Shown here: positions 19,214 to 28,739 of the stretch, piece after piece
Layout: the number at the start of each line of letters is the position of its first letter
Position numbering within the stretch: the first letter of the stretch is position 1
Source of the DNA: Candidatus Nitrospinota bacterium M3_3B_026
GTDB lineage: Bacteria > Nitrospinota_A > UBA7883 > JBPRGF01
Length of the DNA stretch: 64,000 bases
Direction of reading: 5' to 3'
Assembly (NCBI GenBank): GCA_051418015.1
Contig: JBPRGF010000017.1
Span: 64,001 to 128,000, forward strand
Translations under genes and position numbers: made by a program
The notes under the pieces: generated by a model
What the model was told of the DNA's origin: nothing
Seen by the model: only the letters and a program-made list of their open reading frames with translations
The model's database searches: none

Positions 19214-19402
19214 AACCCCTTCCTACTCTCATCAAACCATTAAACAAAAAATCCTTCTGTTTATTTTTGTTATACCGCAAACCTGCTTAAAATACAATGG
19301 ATAACCTCTTGAAATCATAAATGACTTCTATAAAAATTACTTTACAATCAATTAGCTCTGCATTTAATGCGTATGTTCTTTTTGTTTGTTGGAGTTATAA
19401 TT

Positions 19403-19437
19403 AAAAAAGGCGGAGCTTTTAAAAACTCCGCCTTTTT
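19403..19437. terminator. Bidirectional intrinsic terminator downstream of the cyclophilin gene
   Basis: AAAAAAGGCGGAG...CTCCGCCTTTTT. Confidence 0.85.
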
Positions 19438-19469
19438 GTGTTTTTAATGCCGCGTCACCCCCGCACGTC

Positions 19470-20099
19470 TCATTCCGCCTCCCGCTCCTCGATGGTGACG
19501 GTCATCTCCACGCGCTCCAGGGGGTTGTCTCTCTGGTCGCGTTTCTCGGCGACGATCCTGTCCGCCACGTCCATCCCCTCTATCACCTCGCCGAAAGCGG
19601 TGTACTGCCGGTCCAGGAACCGCGCGTCCACCACGCAGATGAAAAACTGCGACCCGGCGCTGTCCGGATCCTGCGCCCGGGCCATGGATAGCGTCCCGCG
19701 CTTGTGGGGCTTTTCATTAAACTCCGCGTTGATGGTGTAGCCAGGCCCGCCGGTCCCGTGCAGATGGCGCTTGTCGGGGTCTTTTGTCAGCGGGTCGCCC
19801 CCCTGGATCATGAACCCCGGTATGACGCGGTGAAACGTCGTCCCGTCGTAAAAACCCTCCTTCGCAAGCTTTTTGAAACTCTCGACGTGTTTCGGCGCCA
19901 CGTCCGGGAAGAACCTCAGGACTATCTCGCCATGCCGGGTCTTGATTACCGCGACCTCCTCCATCTTTTTTCCTTTCTCATCGACTGCCTTGAGTCCGGC
20001 GGCGGGCTTTCCGCCAGCCCCTTCCGCAGCCTCCGCGCCCGCCGCGCCGGCGATGGCGAGGACGAGCGCCGGATAGAAAAACCATGACAACCGTCTCAT
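19470..20099 (-). CDS. Cyclophilin-type peptidyl-prolyl isomerase with signal peptide
   Basis: FHRVIPGFMIQGGDP, SMAR, GSQFFI. AAGGAGG before the ATG at 20099. Confidence 0.93.
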   Translation of the reverse strand: MRRLSWFFYPALVLAIAGAAGAEAAEGAGGKPAAGLKAVDEKGKKMEEVAVIKTRHGEIVLRFFPDVAPKHVESFKKLAKEGFYDGTTFHRVIPGFMIQGGDPLTKDPDKRHLHGTGGPGYTINAEFNEKPHKRGTLSMARAQDPDSAGSQFFICVVDARFLDRQYTAFGEVIEGMDVADRIVAEKRDQRDNPLERVEMTVTIEEREAE

Positions 20100-20243
20100 A
20101 ACCCTCCTTGCCTGAAAAAGCACACGGCGCATGATAACAGGCGGCGGCCGCGTTGTCCAAAGCGGGGTTGAATCCACTGCGTTTATGCAGCATCATATAT
20201 TGAGAAACCTAGATATGGGCTTTTTCGTCAAGAGATAAAGGAT

Positions 20244-20444
20244 ATGCCGATATACGAGTACGTCTGCGCGGAGTGCGGGCACAAGTTCGAAAAGCTCACG
20301 GCGCTTTCCGAGGCGCATGAAAAGCAGGAATGCCCCGAGTGCGGCAAAGGCTCCGGGGAGCGGATATTGTCTCTTTTCGGGGCGGGCTCGTCCACGGGCT
20401 CAGGAAGCGGCGGCGGATACTGCGCTCCCAGCGGCTTCGGCTGA
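20244..20444 (+). CDS. FmdB-family zinc-ribbon protein (possible Sec read-through to 20453)
   Basis: [12 protein letters not shown]...CPECG with a Gly/Ser-rich tail ending CAPSGFG-TGA. Confidence 0.88.
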   Translation: MPIYEYVCAECGHKFEKLTALSEAHEKQECPECGKGSGERILSLFGAGSSTGSGSGGGYCAPSGFG

Positions 20445-20524
20445 GCGCGTTAGGCTGAAAGCCGGCCCGTGCGGCTGGCATGTATTCGGCGTCCGCGGCC
20501 GGTCTTGAATGAGGGGGCGCTCCA

Positions 20525-21475
20525 TTGGGCGGAACGGCGATATTCTACGACCCCGTCTTTTTAAAACACGACACGGGAGCGCATCCTGAAACCCCCGCAA
20601 GGCTCGAGGCCATCGTGGAAAGGCTCAAGTCCGCCCCCTTCGCCTCCAGTCTGGAATGGGTCCTTCCTCCCCGCGCCACCCTGGAGCAGCTTGCGCTGAT
20701 CCACACCCCGGAGTATATCCGAAGCGTGGAGCAAAGCGCCCGCTCCGGACAACGCCACCTGGACATGGACACCGTGATCTGCCCCGAATCATGGGAAGCC
20801 GCGCTGGCGGCGGCCGGGGCGGCCGTGGGGGGCGTCCGGAACGTGGTTGAGGGAAAACATAAAAACGCGTTCCTCGCCGTCCGCCCGCCGGGCCATCACG
20901 CCGAGGCGGACAGGGCAATGGGTTTCTGCCTGTTCAACAACGCCGCGATAGGCGCCCGCTTCGCCAGGGAAGAGCTCGGCGTCCCCAGGGTGGCTATCGT
21001 GGATTTCGACATCCATCACGGCAACGGAACGCAGAACGCCTTCTACTCCGACCCCACGGTCTTTTACATCTCCACCCACCAGTGGCCGCTCTACCCCGGC
21101 ACGGGGTCAGAGTCCGAGCGGGGCGAGGGGGAGGCGGAGGGGACGACCATGAACTTCCCTCTTTCCCCGGGCGCTGGGGACGCCGACGTCCTGGGCATAT
21201 TCGACGATGTGATAATCCCCACACTGAAAAAATTCGCCCCCGGCCTGATAGTCATCTCCGCCGGATTCGACGCCCACAGGGACGACCCGCTGGGGAGCCT
21301 GGAGCTGACAGAGGAAGGGTTCGGCGGGATGGCCGGACGGCTGCTTGACCTCGCCGATGACCTCGGCCACGGCCGCGTGATGGCCGTTCTGGAGGGAGGC
21401 TACAACCTCGCCGCGCTGGCAGGGTCCACCGCGGCGGTCGTGGAAAGGATGTCGCAGGCGGCGGAGCGCGGCTGA
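20525..21475 (+). CDS. Histone-deacetylase-family protein
   Basis: HPETPARL, RPPGHHA, DFDIHHGNGTQ, SAGFDAH, LEGGY. Confidence 0.93.
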   Translation: MGGTAIFYDPVFLKHDTGAHPETPARLEAIVERLKSAPFASSLEWVLPPRATLEQLALIHTPEYIRSVEQSARSGQRHLDMDTVICPESWEAALAAAGAAVGGVRNVVEGKHKNAFLAVRPPGHHAEADRAMGFCLFNNAAIGARFAREELGVPRVAIVDFDIHHGNGTQNAFYSDPTVFYISTHQWPLYPGTGSESERGEGEAEGTTMNFPLSPGAGDADVLGIFDDVIIPTLKKFAPGLIVISAGFDAHRDDPLGSLELTEEGFGGMAGRLLDLADDLGHGRVMAVLEGGYNLAALAGSTAAVVERMSQAAERG

Positions 21476-21549
21476 GGCGGCCCGGCAGGACCTGTTACAG
21501 GCAGGGGACTTGTGTTAGACTGGCTCCCGCAGAATATCTGGGGGTGGTT

Positions 21550-21939
21550 ATGACAAGTCGCGCCGGATTCACGCTCATCGAGCTGATAATGGTGATAATA
21601 ATCCTCGGTATACTGGGGGCCATCGCCATCCCCCGGTACGTCGACCTGCGCGACGAAGCCAAGGCCGCCGCGGCCGACGGCGTCCTCGGCGCCGCCGCCA
21701 GCGCCTGCGCCATAAACTATGCCGCCGTCCAGACCAAGAACCCGCCGCCGGCGCCGATCACGTCCTGCGAGCTTTTGGAGGAGGCGATGACCTCCTCCGG
21801 CCTTTCGATAGTCTCCGCCGGGGGCGGGGAATGCTCCTTCACCGTGGGCGACAACAGCTTCTATTTCTCCTTCTCTCCGGAGACCTCCGAGGCGCCCTGC
21901 GGCGTGGAGAAAGCGCCGGATAAGTGGCCCGCGCCCTAG
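21550..21939 (+). CDS. Type IV pilin / pseudopilin
   Basis: G-FTLIELIMVIIILGILGAIAIP class III signal; four Cys in the mature part. Confidence 0.88.
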   Translation: MTSRAGFTLIELIMVIIILGILGAIAIPRYVDLRDEAKAAAADGVLGAAASACAINYAAVQTKNPPPAPITSCELLEEAMTSSGLSIVSAGGGECSFTVGDNSFYFSFSPETSEAPCGVEKAPDKWPAP

Positions 21940-21954
21940 CCCCTCCCCGGCCGG

Positions 21955-22998
21955 TCAGAAGACCCTGCGGCCTGTCTCCTTGTCGAAAAGGCGCAGTTTT
22001 TCCGGCGGGACCTCGAACCGGGCCGCCGACCCCGGCTTCACGGTCTCCCCGGCCGCCAGCCTGCCCTTGATCTTCGCCTCTTTCCAGACACCGTCGACCC
22101 AGACGTCGCTTCCCACCGGCTCAAGCATTATCACCTCGGCCTCCAGGGCAGGCTCCGCCCCCGCGGCCCTGACAGCCACATCCTGCGGGCGGATCCCGGC
22201 GATGACCTTCTCCCCATCCTCGCCGCGCGGGAGAGCGGCGGCGAGGGAGGTGTCCCGCAGGTTCTCTCCGCCGATGAAGTTCATGGGAGGGCTCCCGATG
22301 AAGCCGGCGACGAACAGGTTCGAGGGCCGTTCGTAAAGCTCCATGGGGCCGCCCAGTTGTTGTATCCTCCCCTCGGCCAGTATCGCTATCCTGCCGGAAA
22401 GCGACATCGCCTCCTCCTGGTCGTGCGTCACGTAGACGGTGGTTATCCCCAGCCGCTCGTGGATTCTCTTCAGCTCCGTCCTCATTTCCACCCGCAGCCT
22501 CGCGTCCAGGTTGGAGAGCGGCTCGTCCATCAGGAAGACCTTCGGTTTCCTGACGATGGCGCGCCCGAGGGCCACCCTCTGGCGCTGTCCGCCGGAAAGC
22601 TCCGAAGGCTTCCTGGACAGAAGCTTCGAGAGGCCGAGGCTCTCCGCGGCTTTCAAAACCTCCCGGTCCACCTCTTTTTTGGGGGTTTTCCTCACCCTCA
22701 GGGGAAAGGCGATGTTCTCGTGGACGGTCATGTGTGGATACAGCGCGTAGCTTTGGAAAACCATGGCCACGTCCCTTTGGCCTGGCGGAAGATGAGTCAC
22801 CGGTCTGTCGTCGAAAAATATCTCGCCCGCCGTCACGTCCTCCAACCCGGCTATCATGTTCAGGATGGTGGACTTGCCGCAGCCGCTTGACCCCACGAAG
22901 GTGAAAAACTCCCGTCCCGCGATCTCGAGGTCGAGCTTTTCGACGACCTTCACGCCTCCAAAACTTTTCGCCACGCCGTCGAATCTTATGTTGGTCAT
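21955..22998 (-). CDS. Sugar ABC ATPase (MalK-like)
   Basis: GSSGCGKS, FQSYALYPH, DEPLSNLDA, FIGSP. Confidence 0.93.
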   Translation of the reverse strand: MTNIRFDGVAKSFGGVKVVEKLDLEIAGREFFTFVGSSGCGKSTILNMIAGLEDVTAGEIFFDDRPVTHLPPGQRDVAMVFQSYALYPHMTVHENIAFPLRVRKTPKKEVDREVLKAAESLGLSKLLSRKPSELSGGQRQRVALGRAIVRKPKVFLMDEPLSNLDARLRVEMRTELKRIHERLGITTVYVTHDQEEAMSLSGRIAILAEGRIQQLGGPMELYERPSNLFVAGFIGSPPMNFIGGENLRDTSLAAALPRGEDGEKVIAGIRPQDVAVRAAGAEPALEAEVIMLEPVGSDVWVDGVWKEAKIKGRLAAGETVKPGSAARFEVPPEKLRLFDKETGRRVF

Positions 22999-23001
22999 CG
23001 G

Positions 23002-23817
23002 TCAGCCCTTCACCGCGCCCGCGGTGATCCCCTCCACGATCCTGCGCTGGAAGGCGAAGACCATGACGATCAGCGGAAATGTGACCACCACCGAGGCGGC
23101 CGCTATCTCACCCCAGGGCGCCTCGTGGACGCCGGGGAAGAGGGCTATGCCGACGGGGATGGTGCGGGAGGCGGGGGTGGAGGTGAAGGTCAACGCGAAC
23201 AGGAACTCGTTCCACGAGAATATGAAGACCAGGATGGCGGTGGCAGCCAGCCCCGGCGTGGAGAGCGGCAGTATCACCTTGTAAAAGGACTGAAACGCCG
23301 AGCACCCGTCCACCCTCGACGCCTTGTATATCTCGGCCGGGATGTCGCCGAAAAAGCTCGTGAGCGCCCAGATGGTCAGCGGCAGGGTGAAAGTCGTGTA
23401 GACGATGACGAGGGACGTCAGCGTATCCCTCATCCCCAACTCGCGGATAACAAGGAAGAGAGGACTCACGGTGGCGATGGGGGGGAACATGGAGGCGGAG
23501 AGGACGAAGGCCAGTATCAGCCCCTTTCGCCGGACGCCGAGCCACGCCAGGGCGAAAGCCGCCGGGGCGCCCAGGGCAAGCGAAAGCATTGTGCTCGCCG
23601 ACGCCACGATGAGGCTGTTGAGGATGATCCTCAGGAAAACAGGATCCTCGAATATCGTAAAGTAGGCCCGGAGCGTGGGGCGGCTCGGCAAAAGCGGCGG
23701 CAGGGTTGTAAGCTCCGCCGCGGGCTTGATGGACGTCAGCGCCTGCCACAGAAAGGGGCCCAGGCAGTAAAAAGCCACCAGGATCAAAGCCGTGTAAAAG
23801 GAGAACCTCCGCGCCAT
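23002..23817 (-). CDS. Sugar ABC permease (MalG-like)
   Basis: EAA-loop-like EIYKASRVDG, FSWNEF, GITAGAVKG. Start taken from the TGATG overlap. Confidence 0.9.
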   Translation of the reverse strand: MARRFSFYTALILVAFYCLGPFLWQALTSIKPAAELTTLPPLLPSRPTLRAYFTIFEDPVFLRIILNSLIVASASTMLSLALGAPAAFALAWLGVRRKGLILAFVLSASMFPPIATVSPLFLVIRELGMRDTLTSLVIVYTTFTLPLTIWALTSFFGDIPAEIYKASRVDGCSAFQSFYKVILPLSTPGLAATAILVFIFSWNEFLFALTFTSTPASRTIPVGIALFPGVHEAPWGEIAAASVVVTFPLIVMVFAFQRRIVEGITAGAVKG

Positions 23818-24665
23818 CACATCCTCCTCAGAAGCCGCGCGCAAGACAGGGTGATGAGCCCCACGAGCATGAAGACCGTGACCGATATGGCCGAGCCGTA
23901 GCCGAACTGGAGGGTCTGAAACAGCGTCTTGTAGGCGTATATGGATAGAGTCTCCGTGCTGTTGGCCGGGCCGCCGCCCGTGAGGACGTATATGGAGTCG
24001 AAGACCCTGAAGGCGTCTATGGCTCGGAATATGAGCGTGACCAGGATCAGGGGCGAAAGCAGCGGGAGCGTTATCCTCCTGAAAGTCATCCACGGGGAGG
24101 CTCCGTCCACCCTGGCCGCCCTGTAAAGGTCCTCCGGCATACCCGCGAGGCCGGCCATCAGAAGCAGCGTCACAAAGGGAGTCGTCTTCCACACCTCCAT
24201 GATGATGGCGGCGTTCATCGCCCAGAAGGGGGCGCCCAACCAGTTCACGTCCGCCCCCAGCAGGTAGTTCAACACGCCGAAATCGGCGTTGTACATCCAT
24301 TCCCACATCCTGGCGGAGACGACCGTGGGGATGGCCCACGGGATCATCACCACCGCCCGCATGAGCCCCTTGCCCGCGAATACGCGGTTAAGGAGAATCG
24401 CCAGGGAGAGCCCCAGGGCAAGCTCCAGCGCCACGGAGACCGCCGTGAAATAGGCGGTGTTGTACAGGGCGTTCCAGAAACGGGCGTCTTCGAAAAGCCG
24501 CCTGTAGTTTTCCAGCCCCGTAAAGCCGGACTCGCCCAATGTCAGCTGGTAGCGCCGCAGGCTCAGCCAGGCGACATACACCAGGGGATACAGCGTCACC
24601 GCCGCCAGGGCAAGGCCCGCGGGGGCAAGATAGGCCGTCTGGGGCTTCAGCCGCGGAAAGCTCAA
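23817..24665 (-). CDS. Sugar ABC permease (MalF-like)
   Basis: PWAIPTVV, WKTTPF, LTGGGP. Confidence 0.9.
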   Translation of the reverse strand: MSFPRLKPQTAYLAPAGLALAAVTLYPLVYVAWLSLRRYQLTLGESGFTGLENYRRLFEDARFWNALYNTAYFTAVSVALELALGLSLAILLNRVFAGKGLMRAVVMIPWAIPTVVSARMWEWMYNADFGVLNYLLGADVNWLGAPFWAMNAAIIMEVWKTTPFVTLLLMAGLAGMPEDLYRAARVDGASPWMTFRRITLPLLSPLILVTLIFRAIDAFRVFDSIYVLTGGGPANSTETLSIYAYKTLFQTLQFGYGSAISVTVFMLVGLITLSCARLLRRM

Positions 24666-24687
24666 AAAACCCTCCTGCCTGAATAAA

Positions 24688-25965
24688 TCAGCGCTCCTCG
24701 ATTATCCTCTCGATCTTTTTCCGGGCGGACCTCAACGCCTCCTCGGGCGTCTTCATCCTGGCCAGGACAGCGGAAAACTCCGTCTGCAGCGCCTGCGACA
24801 CCCTGATGTAATGGGGAGTCACGGGCCTCGGCCGCGCCGCCTCGAAAACCTCGTAAAGCCTGGGAATGAAAGGCTGGGCGGCGACAAGCTCCGGGTCCTT
24901 GTAAAGCGCCTTCAACGACGGTTTGAAGCCTATGGTCATGGCGACGAGCTTCTGCGCCTCGTACGAGGTGAGAAACTCCACGAGCTTCTCCGCCTCCTCC
25001 GGGCGCCTGGAGCGCGCGTTGACGCCGAGCTGCCAGCCGCCGAGGGCCGCGGCGGACCGGCCGCCCTCGAAGTGGGGAAGAACGCTCACGCCCACTTTGC
25101 CTTTCACCGGCGAGCCTTCGCGCTCGTATATGCTCCAGGCGTAGGGCCAGTTGCGCATGAAGACGGCGGCGCCCTTGCCGAAGATCAGCCTGGCCTGCTC
25201 CTCGGCCGCCGTGGTCACAAGCTCCGGCGTGACCCCGTGCTTGTACACCAGGTCTCTCATGAAAGTGAGGGCCTTGACGTTCTGAGAGCTGTCTATGACC
25301 ACCTCGCCGCCCTCCAGGACGGCGCCGCCAGCGCTCCAGATGAACTCCAGCGCGTCGCAGACGAGCCCTTCATACTGTTTGCCCTGCCAGACGAAGCCGT
25401 ACAGGCCGGGCTCTTTTTCCATGACGGCCTTCGATATCCTGACAAGCTCATCCCACGTCCTGGGCGGTTCGAAGCCGTGTTTTTCCAGCAGGTCCTTGCG
25501 GTAGTAGAGAATCCCGGCGTCCATGTACCAGGGGACGGCGTATATCCCTCCCCTCCACGTGACCGCCTCCATGGGGGCGCTGAAAAAAATTTCGCGTTTT
25601 TCGGGCGGCATCGTGTGAGAAAGATCGCGCAGCCAGCCGGCCCTGGCGAACTCGGGGCCCCATATCACGTCCAGAGCGAAGACGTCGAACTCGCCGGAGC
25701 CGCCCTCGAGGTTTATGACGTAGAACTGGTGCTGCTCGTCCGTCGCGGCGGGGAGGGTCTCCTCCACCACTTTTATCCCCGGGTTTTCCTTCTCGAACTT
25801 TTCGATAAGCTCCCGGATCGGTCTCGGGTCGCCCACCACCTTGCCATGCTTGAAGACGATGGTGACCGGGCCTTCATCCGCGCCTTCGGGGGGCCGCTGG
25901 CAGGATTGCGCGATCAGCGCCGCCGTCAGGATGGTCAACGGAAAAGCGAAAATTCTCGAAAACAT
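24688..25965 (-). CDS. Sugar ABC substrate-binding lipoprotein (trehalose/maltose-like)
   Basis: Lipobox AQS-C, DVIWGPEFA, QYEGL, FMRNWPY. Confidence 0.9.
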   Translation of the reverse strand: MFSRIFAFPLTILTAALIAQSCQRPPEGADEGPVTIVFKHGKVVGDPRPIRELIEKFEKENPGIKVVEETLPAATDEQHQFYVINLEGGSGEFDVFALDVIWGPEFARAGWLRDLSHTMPPEKREIFFSAPMEAVTWRGGIYAVPWYMDAGILYYRKDLLEKHGFEPPRTWDELVRISKAVMEKEPGLYGFVWQGKQYEGLVCDALEFIWSAGGAVLEGGEVVIDSSQNVKALTFMRDLVYKHGVTPELVTTAAEEQARLIFGKGAAVFMRNWPYAWSIYEREGSPVKGKVGVSVLPHFEGGRSAAALGGWQLGVNARSRRPEEAEKLVEFLTSYEAQKLVAMTIGFKPSLKALYKDPELVAAQPFIPRLYEVFEAARPRPVTPHYIRVSQALQTEFSAVLARMKTPEEALRSARKKIERIIEER

Positions 25966-26079
25966 GCCAACAATGATATCCCATGGCGTAAAGGGAGGTG
26001 AAGGAGAAGCGGCGCCGGATGGGAAGGGGGCGGGGTGTCTTCAGCCCATCGATGGCCGGGAAGGCGTCCTGCTCAGGAC

Positions 26080-26132
26080 AAAAAAGGGCCGCCCCACTCG
26101 CTTTTTTTCATTCTCCTGCAAGCGGGGCGGCC
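26080..26132 (-). terminator. Intrinsic terminator closing the small-protein operon
   Basis: Minus strand GGCCGCCCCGCTTGC...GCGAGTGGGGCGGCC-CTTTTTT. Confidence 0.7.
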
Positions 26133-26158
26133 TCGCCCCCTCTGTCTCATGGCCAAGG

Positions 26159-26263
26159 TCAACCGGCTATAGCGGTCACCAGGGCCAGAAGCAGCGGGGC
26201 CACGAAAGCGATCAGGACGGCTATGTCCAGCGCCTCTTTCTCGTGAATCGCGTGAGTTCCCAT
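26159..26263 (-). CDS. 34-aa single-TM small protein
   Basis: MGTHAIHEKEALDIAVLIAFVAPLLLALVTAIAG; AAGGAGG 6 nt before the ATG. Too short for the ORF track. Confidence 0.75.
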   Translation of the reverse strand: MGTHAIHEKEALDIAVLIAFVAPLLLALVTAIAG

Positions 26264-26326
26264 GACGTTCCTCCTTAGTGAATAGTTGTCGCCAAAAAAC
26301 CCGTTCCTCGAAAAACCGGCGTCCGG

Positions 26327-26452
26327 TCAGCCCGCCAGAACGGAGACCATGGCAAGACCCGCTATGGCCGCCACCACCGGAGTGGAAAGCATCGCCAGGA
26401 TCACGCTGGCCGGTATCTCAGTCTTGTTGATGTTCTCTGCGTAAACGCTCAT
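26327..26452 (-). CDS. 41-aa single-TM small protein
   Basis: MSVYAENINKTEIPASVILAMLSTPVVAAIAGLAMVSVLAG; AGGAGG 7 nt before the ATG. Confidence 0.78.
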   Translation of the reverse strand: MSVYAENINKTEIPASVILAMLSTPVVAAIAGLAMVSVLAG

Positions 26453-26524
26453 TTTCTTTCCTCCTGATCTATTTGTTACTGGTTTGATTTTTTTTCTTTT
26501 TTTATCCCTTCGCCCTTTACATGT

Positions 26525-26571
26525 TGCAACGCTTGTGCCAAAAGATGAACAGCTTATATATCAATCAGTTG
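26525..26571 (-). promoter_or_regulatory. Sigma54 promoter plus IHF site
   Basis: Minus strand TGGCAC-AAGCG-TTGCA (26540-26525). IHF consensus TATCAA-TCAG-TTG at 26559-26571. Confidence 0.85.
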
Positions 26572-26712
26572 CTCTCATTTTTCCGGGTCTTTGCGTCCAC
26601 CGGAGTGGGTGGGCGCCCGGAAACGGATCAGACACTCCGACGCGAATCAGGACACGATGTCCGCTTCCTGCCCGCAAGACCCATGGACGTTGCAAGTGTT
26701 AAACTTTTGGTT

Positions 26713-27498
26713 ATGAAGATTTTTGGATTCGCGGCGTTTCTGGTCTTCGCGCTTCTTTTCTTATCCGCTTTTCCGGCCAGCGACAGCGCCCTGGCGCAGG
26801 TTCGGGAGTCCTCCGAGAAGGCCCTTGAGATATTGCGCGAGATCGACGACATGTGGAGAGGCGAATCGTCCCACGGCAGGCTCACCATGGAGGTGAAAAC
26901 GGCCCACTACACCAGGACGCTGCGGCTGGAGGCCTGGTCCAAGGGCAAGGAGAACACGCTGGTCCGCATCCTCTACCCCCTGAAGGAGAAGGGGACCGCC
27001 ACGCTGAAGTCCGGCTCCAGCATCTACACATACCTGCCTCAGACCGACAGGACGATAAGGCTGACCTCCGGGATGATGATGGGCTCCTGGATGGGAAGCC
27101 ACTTCACCAACGACGACCTCGTGAAAGAGTCGCGCCTGACGGAGGACTACTACGTGAACATAGTCTTCGAAGGCGAAAGAGACGGCAGGGAGATCATGGA
27201 GTTTGAGCTGACCCCGAAGCCGGACGCGCCCGTGGTCTGGGGGAAGATAACCCTGGTGACGCGGGCGGAGGACCACCTTCCCCTTGAGGAGATATATTAC
27301 GACGAGGAGATGAACGTGGCCCGGACGATAACCTTCAGCGAGATAAAGCAGATGGGAGGAAGAAAAATCCCCGCCAGGCTGAAGGTCGTCCCCGCGGACA
27401 AACCCGGCGAATATACCGAGTTGATCTACCACGAGATAGAGTTCGACATAGGGCTTGACGGCTCCTTTTTCTCGTTGGCGCGGCTGCGGAGGATGTAG
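26713..27498 (+). CDS. LolA-like outer-membrane lipoprotein-sorting protein
   Basis: Signal peptide, EKGTATLK, SWMGSHFTNDDL. Extended -10 TGtTAAACT 7 nt before the ATG. Confidence 0.88.
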   Translation: MKIFGFAAFLVFALLFLSAFPASDSALAQVRESSEKALEILREIDDMWRGESSHGRLTMEVKTAHYTRTLRLEAWSKGKENTLVRILYPLKEKGTATLKSGSSIYTYLPQTDRTIRLTSGMMMGSWMGSHFTNDDLVKESRLTEDYYVNIVFEGERDGREIMEFELTPKPDAPVVWGKITLVTRAEDHLPLEEIYYDEEMNVARTITFSEIKQMGGRKIPARLKVVPADKPGEYTELIYHEIEFDIGLDGSFFSLARLRRM

Positions 27499-27499
27499 G

Positions 27500-28729
27500 A
27501 TGAACATTGGCGCCATGGCGGCCCGCAACATATGGCGCAACACCCACAGGACCGTCACGACCGTTGGGGCCATGGCGTTCGCCGGGGGGCTGATGATTCT
27601 CTACTCCTCGCTGCTTGCGGGTTTTCTGGAGGTCTTCGAGCGCAACGCCGTGGGGATGGACACCGGCGATATCCAAATCCACGCCGAAGGCTATCTCGAC
27701 GACCCGGACCTTTACAACCGCGTTGAAGACTCCGAAAAAATCGTGGAGAGGCTCAACGAGGCGGGCCTCGCCGCCGCCCCGAGGCTCTACGGCTTCGCCC
27801 TCGCCGCGGCGGGGGACGCATCCTCCGGCGTGACACTCCGGGGAGTGGATGTCGAAAGGGAGGCCGCGGCCACCCTCATCCACAACCACGTGATGAAAGG
27901 GCGGTGGATGGACACGCGGGATCCCCGCGGAGTGGTCATAGGCAGAAAGCTCGCCAGGACGCTCAACGTCGGCGTCGGCTCGGAGGTCGTGCTCCTGAGC
28001 CAGGCGGCGGACGGCTCCATGGCCAACGACCTTTACGAAGTCCGCGGGATACTAAAGTCCGTCAAGGAAGGGATCGACCGCGGGGGGGTTTTCATGACGG
28101 CCGATGAGTTCAGGAGGCTGATGGCCCTGCCAGAGGGCGCCCACGAGATAGCGGTTTCCAGGCGCGGCAGCGCGATGGGGCTCGCCGAGGCGGCAGAGAG
28201 GGTTGAGGCCGCCGCCCCGGGCCTTGACGTCAGGACATGGCGGCGGCTGAACCCAGTGGTGGCGCGGATGCTGGATATATCGGACTCGTCGATGTTCATA
28301 ATGCTGCTCATCACCTACACCGCCATCGCCATGGTCACGCTGAACGCGATGCTCATGAGCGTCTTCGAGCGCATCCCGGAGTTCGGCGTGATGAAGGCCA
28401 TAGGCGTGACACCCTGGCAGATACTCCTCCTGGTCTTCGGCGAGGGCCTGGCCCAGGCCGTCATGGCGTCCCTGATCGCGCTGGCGGCGGGGCTTGCGGC
28501 CTCGTGGTATTTCCAAGTCCACGGTATAGACCTTTCCGCCCTGACCGGCGAGACCGGCATGGCGGCCGTCGCAGGCGTCGCCTTCGATCCCGTCTGGCAC
28601 GCGAAACTGACCGCCGAGGCGGCGATCGTCCCCCTCGCCGTGCTGGTGGCGATAGCTCAGCTGGCGGCGATCTATCCCGGCGTCAAGGCGGCGCTGATCC
28701 GCCCCGTCCAGGCGATACATCATATATAG
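27500..28729 (+). CDS. ABC permease, FtsX/MacB/LolE type
   Basis: RNIWRN, GDIQI, SVFERIPEFGVMKAIG. Confidence 0.9.
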   Translation: MNIGAMAARNIWRNTHRTVTTVGAMAFAGGLMILYSSLLAGFLEVFERNAVGMDTGDIQIHAEGYLDDPDLYNRVEDSEKIVERLNEAGLAAAPRLYGFALAAAGDASSGVTLRGVDVEREAAATLIHNHVMKGRWMDTRDPRGVVIGRKLARTLNVGVGSEVVLLSQAADGSMANDLYEVRGILKSVKEGIDRGGVFMTADEFRRLMALPEGAHEIAVSRRGSAMGLAEAAERVEAAAPGLDVRTWRRLNPVVARMLDISDSSMFIMLLITYTAIAMVTLNAMLMSVFERIPEFGVMKAIGVTPWQILLLVFGEGLAQAVMASLIALAAGLAASWYFQVHGIDLSALTGETGMAAVAGVAFDPVWHAKLTAEAAIVPLAVLVAIAQLAAIYPGVKAALIRPVQAIHHI

Positions 28730-28739
28730 GAGGCGCGAT

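Noticed and set aside
26159..26452. The two micro-ORFs are in frame, separated by TGA and 21 sense codons (possible Sec read-through fusion)
   Set aside because: The second ORF has its own strong SD, there is no convincing SECIS hairpin and no redox context; two genes is the simpler reading.
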